Source: an uncultured bacterium
GTDB taxonomy: Bacteria; Patescibacteriota; Minisyncoccia; UBA6257; 2-01-FULL-56-20
Direction of reading: 5' to 3'
Length of the DNA stretch: 64,000 bases
NCBI GenBank assembly: GCA_963844965.1
Contig: CAWJQC010000004.1
Location: 41,609 to 105,608, forward strand
The translations under genes and the position numbers were made by a program. Positions 38,930 to 49,522 of this stretch are shown in pieces (the first letter of the stretch is position 1; each line of letters starts with the position of its first letter). The notes beneath the pieces were generated by a model. That model saw only the letters and a program-made list of their open reading frames with translations. It did not search any database and was not told the DNA's origin.

Positions 38930-40132
38930 TTATTTCAGTATCTTAGTCACCGCTCCTGCGCCGACCGTCTTGCCGCCTTCGCGGATGGCAAAACGCTGTT
39001 TTTCTTCAAGCGCGACCGGGAAATGAGTTTCACGGTGAGTTTAACGGTGTCGCCCGGCATGACCATTTCCATGCCTGCCGGCAAGGGTCACTTCGCCCGT
39101 AACATCGGTCGTCCTGATATAGAACTGCGGCTTGTAGCCGTTGAAGAACGGCGAGTGGCGGCCGCCTTCCTCTTTTGAAAGCACGTAAACCTCGCGCTCG
39201 AATTCCGTGTGCGGCGTGACGCTGCCCGGCTTCGCGACAACCTGCCCGCGCTCCACGTCTTCTTTCTTCAGGCCGCGGAGCAGAACGCCGACGTTGTCGC
39301 CCGCCATGCCTTCGTCCAAGAGTCTTATTGAACATTTCAATGCCCGTGACGACGGTCTTCTGCCGTCGGCCTGCAGGCCGACGATCTCCACTTCTTCGTT
39401 CACTTTCACCTTGCCGCGCTCCACGCGGCCGGTCACGACCGTGCCGCGTCCTTCAATCGAGAAGATGTCTTCGATCGGCATAAGGAACGGCTTGTCGAAG
39501 TCGCGGACCGGATCGGGAATGAATGTCATCCACCGCTTTGATAAGGTCCAAGATCGGTTTCGCGTCCGGGTCGTCGGCGATTTCGCGGCCAACGCTTTCA
39601 AAGCCGAACCGCGGATGATCGGAGTCGTGTCGCCCGGGAATTCGTATTTCTTCAAAAGCTCGCGGACTTCGGACTCAACGAGATCAATGAGTTCCGGATC
39701 GTCCACCTGATCGCACTTATTAAGAAACACGACGATGGTCGGCACGCCGACCTGGCGGGCAAGCAAAATGTGCTCGCGCGTCTGCGGCATCGGGCCGTCG
39801 GTCGCGGCGACGACCAAAATCGCGCCGTCCATCTGCGCGGCGCCCGTGATCATGTTCTTGATATAGTCGGCGTGTCCCGGCGCGTCAATGTGCGCGTAGT
39901 GGCGCTTCTCGGATTCGTACTCCGAATGGTGCAGGGCGATCGTGATGCCGCGCGCCTTTTCCTCCGGAGCGTTGTCAATTTGGTCCACTCTCTCTTCTTT
40001 CTTCGTCAGACCCTTCAAATGCAAAACGTGCATAATCGCGGCGGTCAGGGTCGTCTTGCCGTGGTCAACGTGGCCGATCGTGCCGATGTTCATGTGCGGC
40101 TTGGCCCGGTAGAATTTTTCTTTTTCAGCCAT
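38930..40132 (-). CDS. tuf: elongation factor Tu; at least four compensating single-base indels (1203 nt = 401 codons overall)
   Basis: [18 protein letters not shown] and NKCD motifs are intact. Out-of-frame islands: [22 protein letters not shown] should be [21 protein letters not shown]; the C-terminus is restored as [20 protein letters not shown]...[29 protein letters not shown] in alternate frames. Confidence 0.8.
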
Positions 40133-40259
40133 GGTTTTATTATTTTATTTTTATTTATTTTTTTAGTGAGAACCTGGCCTGATGGATATCGCGTATGAAA
40201 AGCCCCAAACCAATCGACCGGGGCCGCGAACACATCATCGGACCTTATAATGCTAGATT

Positions 40260-40440
40260 ATATACCATTCCCCCAACTGCTGTCAATTGCCATTGTGGAA
40301 TGATTGTGGACGGCGAAAGGGGGCAGGATTTGGACAAATCATAGATAGATAGCATGAATTAATTTATTACTTATTAACGGATTAACGAATTGCGAATTGA
40401 ATCCGATGCGTTAATACGTTAATTCGTTAATTTTAATAGA
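40260..40440. repeat. AT-rich palindromic TTAACGAATT/AATTCGTTAA repeat cluster upstream of tuf
   Basis: GGATTAACGAATTGCGAATTGAATCCGATGCGTTAATACGTTAATTCGTTAATT; operator- or promoter-like. Confidence 0.4.
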
Positions 40441-40482
40441 ATAAAAAACCCGCCGACGCTTACACCTAACGCGCGGCGGGCT
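40441..40482 (-). terminator. rho-independent terminator after the secreted hypothetical gene
   Basis: Minus strand reads GCCCGCCGCGCG..CGUCGGCGGG followed by UUUUUUAU. Confidence 0.5.
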
Positions 40483-40492
40483 CGTTCAAGAC

Positions 40493-41296
40493 TCATTTCC
40501 CTAGAGCGGAAAACGCCTCGTTGCCGGGATACTTTCTATGAAGGTAATCGTGGATATTAGCTTTGTCATCTGCGGTATATTGGCAGGCGTTTTTCTTGTC
40601 CGTGATTATCTTCAAAATCACGAACCAAACGTCGTCGGCGTACATACCGCCGTCCAGAGCCACCGATTCGAATATTAATTCCCGGCCGCGATAGTCGTTG
40701 TTCGGAATGCCGAACAGTGTTGTCACCACGGGATGCGACGACGCCCTATAGTTCGTAAGGCCGAGAAGGAATTTCGCGCCACGGTACTTTGAGGCGGAAG
40801 CGACGGCAACGGCGGACTGCAAGGTGTTTTTTGCCGCCCACCACGAGCCGCAGCCATACAACAGAACTGCCTTGGTATATAGAAGATTCGCCTCTACATA
40901 CTGATAAAAATCAATCTGCTTGCCGTTTCCTATTTTCTTATCAGCCTTGTTGATGCCCACATCAAGCAGCTTGAAAAAATCCGCGCGCGGGCCGTCCTCC
41001 AATTTAGGCGCGTCCTTTTTTTGTTCGTGCCGAAGCCGGAAAAGCCAGCTCAAAGATAGCCGCAGTTCACCGACGGGATCGTCCGGCTCCATTTCCGCGT
41101 ATTTTCTGAACTTGGCGTCGGCGCAGTTATAATCGCTGTTGTAAAAACAATTCAGGCCCGCCTCAAGCACAGCACGGCTCTCGGGCCTCATCTCACGGTC
41201 CGAGATAGAATCCGCAGAAAAAACCGGGGCAGCCGAACCCGAGAAGAGACACACCGACATAAAAAAGATGAGCATCCTCGTTCTCTTCGCGCCCAT
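40493..41296 (-). CDS. secreted hypothetical protein (signal peptide, 267 aa) inserted between fusA and tuf
   Basis: MLIFFMSVCLFSGSAAPVFSA signal-like N-terminus; no family. Confidence 0.45.
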   Translation of the reverse strand: MGAKRTRMLIFFMSVCLFSGSAAPVFSADSISDREMRPESRAVLEAGLNCFYNSDYNCADAKFRKYAEMEPDDPVGELRLSLSWLFRLRHEQKKDAPKLEDGPRADFFKLLDVGINKADKKIGNGKQIDFYQYVEANLLYTKAVLLYGCGSWWAAKNTLQSAVAVASASKYRGAKFLLGLTNYRASSHPVVTTLFGIPNNDYRGRELIFESVALDGGMYADDVWFVILKIITDKKNACQYTADDKANIHDYLHRKYPGNEAFSALGK

Positions 41297-41436
41297 TTTT
41301 CTCCTTTCAACGGCAAAATTTCAACGCAAGCCCATCAGCTACGAAGCATTATACGGAAATACTTCATAAAAGTCAAACAAATTGCCAAATTGCCCCGAGG
41401 GCGCAAGAGAACGCGACCAGGATCTCCGGCAAAAAA

Positions 41437-43541
41437 TTACCGTTTTTTGCCTTCGATAATCAACTGCGCAATGTTCTGCGGCACTGGCTCATAATGGTCA
41501 AATTCCATCGTGAACGCTCCCCTGCCTTGCGTCATGGAACGCAACTCGGTCGCGTAGCCGAACATTTCCGCGAGCGGAACTTTGGCGTCAATCACTTTCA
41601 CGTTGGGCCGGTCGGAAATTTCCTCAATCCTGCCGCGCTTGGAGTTCAAGTTGCCGCTCACCTCGCCCAAAAATTCTATCGGGATGATAACCTGAAGCTT
41701 CATTATCGGCTCCAATATGACCGGCTTCGCGCGCTTCGCCGCTTCCTGCAGGGCGATGGAGCCAGCAATTTTGAAAGCCGCCTCCGACGAGTCAACTTCA
41801 TGGAAAGAGCCGTCATAGAGCGAAACTTCAAGGTCGGTCATCGGGTAGTGGGCAACGACCCCCTTACTCAATGCTTCCACCACACCTTTTTCCACCGCCG
41901 GGATGAATTCGTTCGGAATGATCCCTCCCTGATATCGTCTATGAAAACAAATCCCTTGCCGCGCTCCAAGGACTTCACGCGCAGCCAGACATGTCCGTAT
42001 TGTCCGCGGCCGCCGGATTGCCTGATATATTTGCCTTCCGCCTCCGCTTCGCCCATAATCGTTTCTTTATAGGCAACCTGCGGCCGCCCCACCGAACCCT
42101 CAACACCGAACTCCCGCTTCATCCTGTCAACAATAATTTCCAGGTGCAACTCGCCCATGCCAGAAATAATCGTCTCGCCAGTTTCCAGGTCGCCCGCCAC
42201 GCGGAAAGTCGGGTCTTCTTCCGCCAAGCGGTGCAGGGCAATGCTCATTTTTTCCTGGTCGGCTTTCGTCTTCGGCTCAATGCGAATGCCGATCACCGGC
42301 TCGGGGAATATGATCTTCTCAAGCACTATCGGCGCGTCGGGACTGCAAAGCGTGTCGCCGGTCGTCGTATTCTTCAAACCGACGATCGCCGCGATATCTC
42401 CGGCATGCACTTCCTCCATTTCTTCGCGGTGGTTGGCGTGCATCCGCACCACGCGGCCGACACGTTCCTGCTGGTCCTTCTTGGAATTCAAAACGTACGT
42501 GCCGCGCTTCAAAACGCCGGAATAATTCCGGAAATAGGTTAAAGTGCCGACGTACGGGTCTGTCGCAACCTTGAAAGCCAGCGCCGAGAACGGCTCTTCG
42601 TCCTTGGGGTGCCGCACGATATCGGCGCCGCTCTTCGGGTCAATGCCCTTAACCGGAGGAAGGTCCGTCGGCGCGGGCAAATATTCCACAACCGAGTCAA
42701 GCATAAATTGCACGCCTTTGTTTTTCAGGGCCGAACCGCAAAGCACCGGCACAATTTTGTTGGCAATAACGGCTTTGCGCAAAACGCGGCGCAAATCTTC
42801 AATGTCAAGCTCAGTACCATCCAAATACTTGGTCATCAAGGCATCGTCATTGTCCACAATGCGTTCCACAAGTTCATGCCGCGCCTTCTTCACGTGCACT
42901 TTCATATTTTCCGGCATCGGAATTTCTGTAATCTTTTCGCCATGTTCACCCTCCGAGCCGTACGCCTTTTCGGTTAAGAGGTCTATCATTCCCACGAATT
43001 CACCCTCAAGGCCGATGTTCAACTGCAAAGGCAGTGCGTTCGGCGTGAGCCGTTCTTTGATTGACTGCAAACTTTTTTCAAAGCTCGCACCCAAGCGGTC
43101 AAGTTTGTTAATAAAGCAAATCCGCGGCACGTGGTACTCATCGGCATAGCGCCAGTTCGTTTCCGACTGCGGCTCAACACCTGCGACGCCATCAAAGACG
43201 ACAACCGCGCCGTCCAAAACGCGGAGCGAACGCTTCACCTCCACCGTAAAGTCAATGTGCCCCGGCGTGTCAATCAAATTTATCATATGCTCAAATTTTT
43301 TGTCGCCCTTGCGGTAAGTCGGAATCCAGAACGCCGTCGTTGCGGCGGAAGTAATCGTAATTCCCCTCTCACGTTCCTGCTCCATCCAATCCATCACCGT
43401 GTCGCCCGTGTGCACCTCGCCGATTTTGTGACTGACGCCCGTATAAAAAAGCACCCGTTCGCTCACGGTGGTTTTGCCGGCATCTATATGGGCGATGATG
43501 CCGATGTTACGGACCTTCTCGACAGGATACATTCTAGGCAT
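41437..43541 (-). CDS. fusA: elongation factor G; single-base frameshift near 41880
   Basis: N-terminal ORF has [17 protein letters not shown] and NKLD. C-terminal ORF (41437-41895) holds domains IV-V. The two overlap at 41868-41895. Confidence 0.85.
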
Positions 43542-43755
43542 TGAATTTGAATAAACTTATTTTAATTCTCGCGCATATTGATGCGGGAAAGGGGTCGGGA
43601 AAACGGGAGTTTTCCCGTATAGGAAAAAGGCCGGAGGCCGAGTTAAAAACCGAGAGGTTTTTAAGGAGCGGGTTGCTGTATAGCGACTCGCGACCGTCTA
43701 TATGCGCGATTATTCCTATATTTCTTACTTTTTCTACTGGATATTGTCGCGGCAT
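43534..43755 (-). other. upstream mini-ORF duplicating the first 20 codons of fusA ([20 protein letters not shown]), then unrelated sequence; overlaps the fusA start
   Basis: 19/20 aa identical to the true EF-G N-terminus ([20 protein letters not shown]), but 18 of 20 codons differ at synonymous sites (AT-rich codons). Followed by hairpins GGCCUCCGGCC and CGGGAAAACUCCCG(U4). Confidence 0.45.
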
Positions 43756-43763
43756 AAAATAAA

Positions 43764-44150
43764 TTATTTATCTTCTTCAACTTCCGGCAAACCTGTTCCG
43801 CCTCTCACCCCTTGGCCGCCGCTCTCCACGTAAGACATGGTGACATCGAATGCGTTCCGGAGATAAGGAATTTTGGCGGGACTGCTGTTGCCTTCCTCTA
43901 TCTCCGACCAGCTAATTTTGCCTTTTTCCAAAAGAGCGCTCAGAACTTCTATTTTTGATTTGGTGCCGAAATCCAAAACCGTTTCCGGTGGTGCATAAGC
44001 GATGTTTTTACCCTGCCGAAGCGCTTCCAATTCGTGGCGTTTCGCTCGTTCCTTATATTCTTCCAATTTTAATCGCAATTGCTTTACGCGCCGTCCGTCA
44101 GTAGGCAAAACTATCTCTAAACCACTTTTTTCGGCTTCCGGACCTTTCAT
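43764..44150 (-). CDS. hypothetical protein (128 aa) inserted between rpsG and fusA
   Basis: ORF only; charged, coiled-coil-like. Confidence 0.4.
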   Translation of the reverse strand: MKGPEAEKSGLEIVLPTDGRRVKQLRLKLEEYKERAKRHELEALRQGKNIAYAPPETVLDFGTKSKIEVLSALLEKGKISWSEIEEGNSSPAKIPYLRNAFDVTMSYVESGGQGVRGGTGLPEVEEDK

Positions 44151-44278
44151 CGTGGCAAATAATTACCGGGCGAAGTGCGCGAATGCCCTGTTCGCTTCCG
44201 CCCCCGCACCAAAGCTACGCTTGGTACGGGACTCCGCCTCTTCTAAATATCTTAAATTAAGGTGGCTACGCATTCTGT

Positions 44279-44746
44279 TTATCTGGCAAAGTGTGCAAAG
44301 GCACGATTAGCCTCAGCCATCCGGTGCATATCTAACTTCTTTTTGATTGCCGCGCCTTCATTCTTGGAAGCGGCAATGATTTCTTCCGCCAATTTGTCGG
44401 CCATGGGCTTGCCTTTGCGGCTGCGCGCAGTGCCGATTATCCAGCGGATTGCCAAAATAAACCTGCGTTCGGGGCGCACTTCAATCGGCACTTGATAGTT
44501 CGCGCCGCCGACCCGCCGCGATTTCACCTCCAATAAAGGCGAGGCGTTTTCAACGGCTTTCTCAAAAACCTTCAGGGAATCTTCTTTCGTGATTTCTTTC
44601 ACTTTATCAAACGCGTCATAGACAATTTTTTCGGCAATTGATTTCTTGCCGTCGCGCATCACGTAATTAATAAAACGCTCCACGTCTATGCGCTCATGCT
44701 TTATGTCCGGCTTGTGATATTTTTTGTAAACTCGTTTTTTGCGCAT
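44279..44746 (-). CDS. rpsG: 30S ribosomal protein S7
   Basis: ...[56 protein letters not shown]... Confidence 0.9.
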   Translation of the reverse strand: MRKKRVYKKYHKPDIKHERIDVERFINYVMRDGKKSIAEKIVYDAFDKVKEITKEDSLKVFEKAVENASPLLEVKSRRVGGANYQVPIEVRPERRFILAIRWIIGTARSRKGKPMADKLAEEIIAASKNEGAAIKKKLDMHRMAEANRAFAHFAR

Positions 44747-44829
44747 TGTTACATATGGTTGTCATTCCGAGCTTTGCGAGGAATCTCATGAGATCCTTCA
44801 CTTCGCTCAGGATGATGCTCTGCGGAGCG

Positions 44830-45240
44830 TCATTTCGGCCGCTTTACACCGTATTTACTGCGCTGCTGTTTCCTGTTATCCACTCCGGTCGTGTCCAAAA
44901 TTCCGCGGATAACGTGGTAGCGCACGCCCGGCAAGTCCTTCACGCGGCCGCCGCGCACGAGAACGATGGAGTGCTCCTGCAGGGTGTGGCCTTCGCCGGG
45001 AATATAAGCCGTGATTTCCATGCCGTTCGTGAGACGGACGCGCGCGACTTTGCGCAGAGCCGAGTTCGGTTTCTTCGGCGTTGTCGTGAAAACCTTGAGG
45101 CAAACGCCGCGCTTGAACGGTGAGCCGGAATCCACCGGCCGATTCTTCAGCGTGTTGAAATAATAAGACAGCGCCGGCGCCTTGGTCTTTGCTTTAAGCG
45201 GCTTCCTTCCTTTTTTAATTAGTTGACGGATTGTCGGCAT
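44830..45240 (-). CDS. rpsL: 30S ribosomal protein S12
   Basis: [12 protein letters not shown]...[59 protein letters not shown]. Confidence 0.9.
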   Translation of the reverse strand: MPTIRQLIKKGRKPLKAKTKAPALSYYFNTLKNRPVDSGSPFKRGVCLKVFTTTPKKPNSALRKVARVRLTNGMEITAYIPGEGHTLQEHSIVLVRGGRVKDLPGVRYHVIRGILDTTGVDNRKQQRSKYGVKRPK

Positions 45241-45410
45241 CCTTAGATAATCTCCAATTTACAATACCCAATTTCCAACTAAATTTCCAGATTAACAAAA
45301 TTAGCAGCCAGCCACAGCCGCTACATTAGGAAAGTGTACAGTAAACGGCGGCCAGTGTCAAACCCACCACGCTTACCCACCGCGCCTAAGAGAGATAAAA
45401 AAAAGCCGCT

Positions 45411-46124
45411 TCAAAATCCGAAAGACTGCCCCGTGATGAGCGTGAAAAGAAACTGAATGATGGGCGCTATGAGCTGAAATCCGAAGAATACGAAAATGAG
45501 AACGAGAATCATGCCGTAGCGCTCCAGGAAATATGCCGCGCGGTAGCTCGCTTCGGTTTTCGGCAAAACGGCGAATAAAACCTTGGAGCCGTCAAGCGGC
45601 GGAATGGGAACAAGGTTGAATACGGCGAGCAGAATGTTAATAAGAGTTATCACAAAAAAAGCATATAAAATCATAGCAACTGGCGAAGTTAGTAAAGTTA
45701 AAACTAGGTCCGTTCTGCCAGAAAGCACGGCTATAGCCATATTATTTCGCAACATTTCGGATACTGGCAAAAACCGACTAGCAATTCCAAAAAAAATTGC
45801 TATTAACAAGTTTGAAGCTGGCCCAGCAACGGCGATTTTTCCAGCTCCAGAAAGAGGATCGCGCAGATTATTCGGGTTGTATGGCACGGGCTTCGCCCAA
45901 CCGAAGACCATGCTGCCTCCGGTCAAAAAATAAAGAGAAACCGGCAGCAGAAACGAGCCGAAGAAATCCAGATGTTTTATGGGATTCAAAGTCAGCCGCC
46001 CGGCGAGCCGCGCCGTGGGGTCGCCCAAGTGCTCGGCGACGACGCCGTGCGAAACCTCGTGGATTACGGCGGACATTATGAGTATCGCGAGCCAAAATAA
46101 AAAAGCGATTGTGGATGTCATATC
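45411..46124 (-). CDS. site-2 protease family (M50) zinc metalloprotease
   Basis: HEVSHG (HExxH) within a TM helix, multiple TMs, LDG motif. Confidence 0.7.
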   Translation of the reverse strand, partial: DMTSTIAFLFWLAILIMSAVIHEVSHGVVAEHLGDPTARLAGRLTLNPIKHLDFFGSFLLPVSLYFLTGGSMVFGWAKPVPYNPNNLRDPLSGAGKIAVAGPASNLLIAIFFGIASRFLPVSEMLRNNMAIAVLSGRTDLVLTLLTSPVAMILYAFFVITLINILLAVFNLVPIPPLDGSKVLFAVLPKTEASYRAAYFLERYGMILVLIFVFFGFQLIAPIIQFLFTLITGQSFGF

Positions 46125-46222
46125 AACAATAATATCCGAAAACCGCGGTCTTTGCCAATTAAGAAAAAACAAATTAAAATGAGCATGTCGCCCTCGTGGT
46201 GAAACTTGCCCTCCCACCTTTG

Positions 46223-46294
46223 TCCCTGTAGCTCAACGGATAGAGCGTGTGGCTTCGAACCACAAGGTTGCAGGTTCAAATCCTGCCAGGGACG
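46223..46294 (+). tRNA. tRNA-Arg (anticodon UCG), embedded between perfect 13 bp inverted repeats
   Basis: GUCCCUGUAGCUCAACGGAUAGAGCGUGUGGCUUCGAACCACAAGGUUGCAGGUUCAAAUCCUGCCAGGGACG. Flanks are CCCTCCCACCTTT / AAAGGTGGGAGGG. Confidence 0.85.
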
Positions 46295-46327
46295 CAAAGG
46301 TGGGAGGGTGAAGATATCATATGTGGC

Positions 46328-46375
46328 TTCGAACCACAGGTTCCAGGTTCGAGTCCTGGCGAGGGCACACACAAC
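46328..46375 (+). other. partial duplicate of the tRNA-Arg 3' half (anticodon arm through acceptor), att-like repeat
   Basis: UGUGGCUUCGAACCACAGGUUCCAGGUUCGAGUCCUGGCGAGGGCA lies 33 nt after the intact tRNA. Confidence 0.5.
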
Positions 46376-46464
46376 ATTTCGTATCGCGGCATCGTGGGGG
46401 CCGACGCTCTAGCGCGACCCCGAGAGGCCTACCGATACGGAATATCGTCCTCCTTATTTCTCTA

Positions 46465-46716
46465 TTAAGAGCCGGCAAAAATACTTTTGATAAGGCTTGT
46501 AATGCCGCCTGCTATCAGCACGATCACAAAACCGACTGCCGCATACGTAAGGGTCTTCTTCCCTTTCGAAAATTTTTCAGGATCGCCAGCCGCCGTCATC
46601 ATTTGAAACCCGCCGACAAGCACCATTATACTTGTGAGCGGCGCTGCAATATCGTAAAAAAGAAATCCCGCCACACTATTCGCGACGGACACCAAGCTGC
46701 CCCCCCATTCGTACAA
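46465..46716 (-). CDS. small two-TM protein resembling TrbC/VirB2-type conjugative pilins
   Basis: LVSVANSVAGFLFYDIAAPLTSIMVLVGGFQMMTAAGDPEKFSKGKKTLTYAAVGFVIVLIAGGITSLIKSIF. The pattern matches VirB2/TrbC pilins by eye only. Confidence 0.35.
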   Translation of the reverse strand: MYEWGGSLVSVANSVAGFLFYDIAAPLTSIMVLVGGFQMMTAAGDPEKFSKGKKTLTYAAVGFVIVLIAGGITSLIKSIFAGS

Positions 46717-46883
46717 TTTGGATCGAACGGATTAAAAAGTTGGTTGGGAGGGCACGCGGCAAAAGCTAACTTCGCGACGGTTAAGGCGCTGACTGTTATT
46801 AAAATCTTTGTTGTGCGGCGGATAATATGCATATGGATTATTATAGCATACGAGATAGCGTGGCAGAAGCCCATTTTGTTTAG

Positions 46884-48278
46884 CTATTTCTGCAAGCTCA
46901 GAATTTTATTCCTGAACGTCAACTTACTCTTGAAGCAAGATAGCAATTCGCGTTTCTCGACCGTGCTGCCCTTTTTGAGAAGATATTTTGCGTACGTTTT
47001 AAGGTCAATTTCTTTAGTGGCCGCTTTCGATCCTTCTCCCAAGACATCGTTCGCGAATTTGCGATATCGTTCCATCTCGTCTTCGAATTTCTTCTGCATC
47101 CCAATCTCACTGATATCCATCTCGTCAATGATAGCGAGAAGTTGAGCGATCAATTCCTCTTCGCGAATGTATCCGCACTTGCAATCCTTATCTTTCGAGC
47201 GTGAGCATCCATAGTACACGTACCGCGCCGTCGTTCCATCCTTGTGCGCCTTATATTTCTCGCACGCACTGATGCCCGATCCGCATAGGCCGCACGAGAT
47301 CAGTTTCGTAAACGAAAATTCCTTTATCTCCGACCTGATGACAAAATCTCGGTGCAGCTGCTCCTGTACTTTATCGAACAGCTCCCGCGAAATGATTGCT
47401 TCGTGCTTGCCGCTGTACCAGTTACCGCTCTTCAGTGGATACTCAAAGATGCCGCAGTAAAATGGATTTTTGAGGATGATATAAATATTGGATAACGAAA
47501 GCACTTTCCCATTCTTTGTTCTGAATTTGATTTCCGACTTCAGCCAATGATAAAGCTTCCGGCCCGACCATTGTTCGTCGGCGACTTTCTGGAGCATTTG
47601 CTTGATGACGGGCGCTCGCAGGGGATCAATGATAACTTCACAAGGACGGTCGGTGCTCTTCTCGTTAAGATACCCTGTCGGTGCGATAGACGGACGCAAA
47701 CCTTGTTCGCACCGCATCCGTAATCCGCGCTTCACGTTTTCCGATTTGTTATCATTCTCAAGTTTCGCTTGGCTGCACAAAATCATCAACATGAATTTCT
47801 CGCTCGGCGAGTTCGTGAATTTCTGGCTGAAGGTTCTGATCTCGATAAGTAATTTTTGATCCATCAAGTCCACCAAGCCGCCAAGGTCGCCCGCGTTGCG
47901 GCTCAAGCGATCCGGCGCCCATGTAAGGATACCGTTGAATTCGCCGGAACGAATATCAATAAGCAACTCGTTAAAAATTTTTCGCTGGCCGACAGCTTTT
48001 GCGGAATGGCTTTCCTTTCTAACTTCGGCGATCTCAAGGTTATCGCGCTCGGCGATTTTCAGCATCTCCTTTATCTGACTATCAATGGAAAGCACTTGCT
48101 GTTCCTCGCTCTCCGTACTTTTCCTCGCATAGAGGCAGTATTTTATTTTTATCGCTTCGGCCTTTGTCGCAGAAACGCCCGACTGATCCCAGCCCTTTGG
48201 TATATTTGTTATTTTCTCCATACCTAAGGGATGCCGCAACGGCGGAAGGAGTCCAGAGCATCCTTGTCGGTAACTCAA
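46884..48278 (-). CDS. large serine recombinase (integrase)
   Basis: N-terminal resolvase domain with YARKSTESEEQ (catalytic Ser), recombinase domain, Zn-ribbon CGLCG..C and coiled-coil C-terminus. Confidence 0.8.
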   Translation of the reverse strand: MSYRQGCSGLLPPLRHPLGMEKITNIPKGWDQSGVSATKAEAIKIKYCLYARKSTESEEQQVLSIDSQIKEMLKIAERDNLEIAEVRKESHSAKAVGQRKIFNELLIDIRSGEFNGILTWAPDRLSRNAGDLGGLVDLMDQKLLIEIRTFSQKFTNSPSEKFMLMILCSQAKLENDNKSENVKRGLRMRCEQGLRPSIAPTGYLNEKSTDRPCEVIIDPLRAPVIKQMLQKVADEQWSGRKLYHWLKSEIKFRTKNGKVLSLSNIYIILKNPFYCGIFEYPLKSGNWYSGKHEAIISRELFDKVQEQLHRDFVIRSEIKEFSFTKLISCGLCGSGISACEKYKAHKDGTTARYVYYGCSRSKDKDCKCGYIREEELIAQLLAIIDEMDISEIGMQKKFEDEMERYRKFANDVLGEGSKAATKEIDLKTYAKYLLKKGSTVEKRELLSCFKSKLTFRNKILSLQK

Positions 48279-48377
48279 AACTCGATATCAGGCGACGAAG
48301 GGGCAAAGAAGGCAAGCAGAGTGATTTCCCCAGCCACCCTCTTTAAGACCATTTATAAACGAGCTATAATAATTCTA

Positions 48378-49343
48378 ATGTTCAGTACCAATGCGCGACG
48401 GGTAATGTGTGTCGTTGCAGGTTTGATTTTGACTTCGCTCGCTTGGATCGGATGCGCGAATTATTTCAACTGGTACGCCGACACAATCGGTCCCGTGGCC
48501 TGGTTTGGCACCCTGTTCCTATTTGCCGCAGCAGGAGTCGGCGCCGGTCTGCTCTTCGAAAAATCGACCAGGGCTCATTATCAGTCTGCAATGACGGCAA
48601 ATCCCCAACTTAAGGAACGAATGGAAACTACTCTCGGAAGGCGCCTCAAGTTTGGCTACGTGCTTGCCGGGCTTTATGTCGCCTATAGGCTTTTCGGATA
48701 TTATCTGTTTTTTGTTCTCGGCTTCTCTTTATCTCCAGCGGCCCATCTTCAACTGATTCTTTCGGCGGTCGTTGAGGCGGTTGTCGCCTTAGTGTGTTTG
48801 TTGCTTTATTGGGAGCGCGGAGAAGATGCCAGTACGGCGAATATAAAAAAGCATTTGCTTGTCTATGTTATTTTCTTCTTCGTTCTCGCAGTGGTTGACG
48901 GTGTCGCACTGCTTGTCTTGAAGCCCGCTTCGGCGGTAGTTCAAACACCCGCAACTCTCGAATCCGCGCTCGAAGCATTTTCCGCCGAGGAATTTTCCGG
49001 GGCAGCAGCAAAAGGGGCGCAAGCGCTACAAGTAAAAGATATGGTCGGGATAGCTTCGGCGCTCCAGAAGATCAATGCTCATTTTAACCAATCATTAACC
49101 AGCGCGGATCTTTATGACATGCGGTACACCATTAATTGGGGCTTGAATGAAGCAATTGCATATTACCAATTCGAGGCCGACGATCAATCCATTTACGCTC
49201 TTCAGCTTACCGAAAATCTTGCGACCAGCAATATTGCCGAGAGTTATTATTCGTTTCCGGCAGGTAGCACCTCCGCTCTAACCGGACAGAGGTATCTCTT
49301 CGTGGCAAACGGATTCAAACGCGGCCGAAACTTTGTTCCTTGA
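48378..49343 (+). CDS. hypothetical polytopic membrane protein
   Basis: Four or more TM helices followed by a soluble C-terminal domain; no family. Confidence 0.4.
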   Translation: MFSTNARRVMCVVAGLILTSLAWIGCANYFNWYADTIGPVAWFGTLFLFAAAGVGAGLLFEKSTRAHYQSAMTANPQLKERMETTLGRRLKFGYVLAGLYVAYRLFGYYLFFVLGFSLSPAAHLQLILSAVVEAVVALVCLLLYWERGEDASTANIKKHLLVYVIFFFVLAVVDGVALLVLKPASAVVQTPATLESALEAFSAEEFSGAAAKGAQALQVKDMVGIASALQKINAHFNQSLTSADLYDMRYTINWGLNEAIAYYQFEADDQSIYALQLTENLATSNIAESYYSFPAGSTSALTGQRYLFVANGFKRGRNFVP

Positions 49344-49522
49344 TACTGCAGGTGCTTATCTCAACCTACCTATGCAATCTCCGATTATGAACGAAGACCT
49401 TTATTATCCTTTAACGGCATCTGCTCCTTCGTGGACAGTGTCCGTCCTCTTTACGAGCACTACGGAGGAGGGACAACAGCAAGTTCACGCTCTATAATAC
49501 CTTTGACGCGAATACCGAGCGG

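Noticed and set aside
46118-46372. 84 aa minus-strand ORF
   Set aside because: It overlaps tRNA-Arg and its 3' duplicate. The sequence is explained by the tRNA structures.
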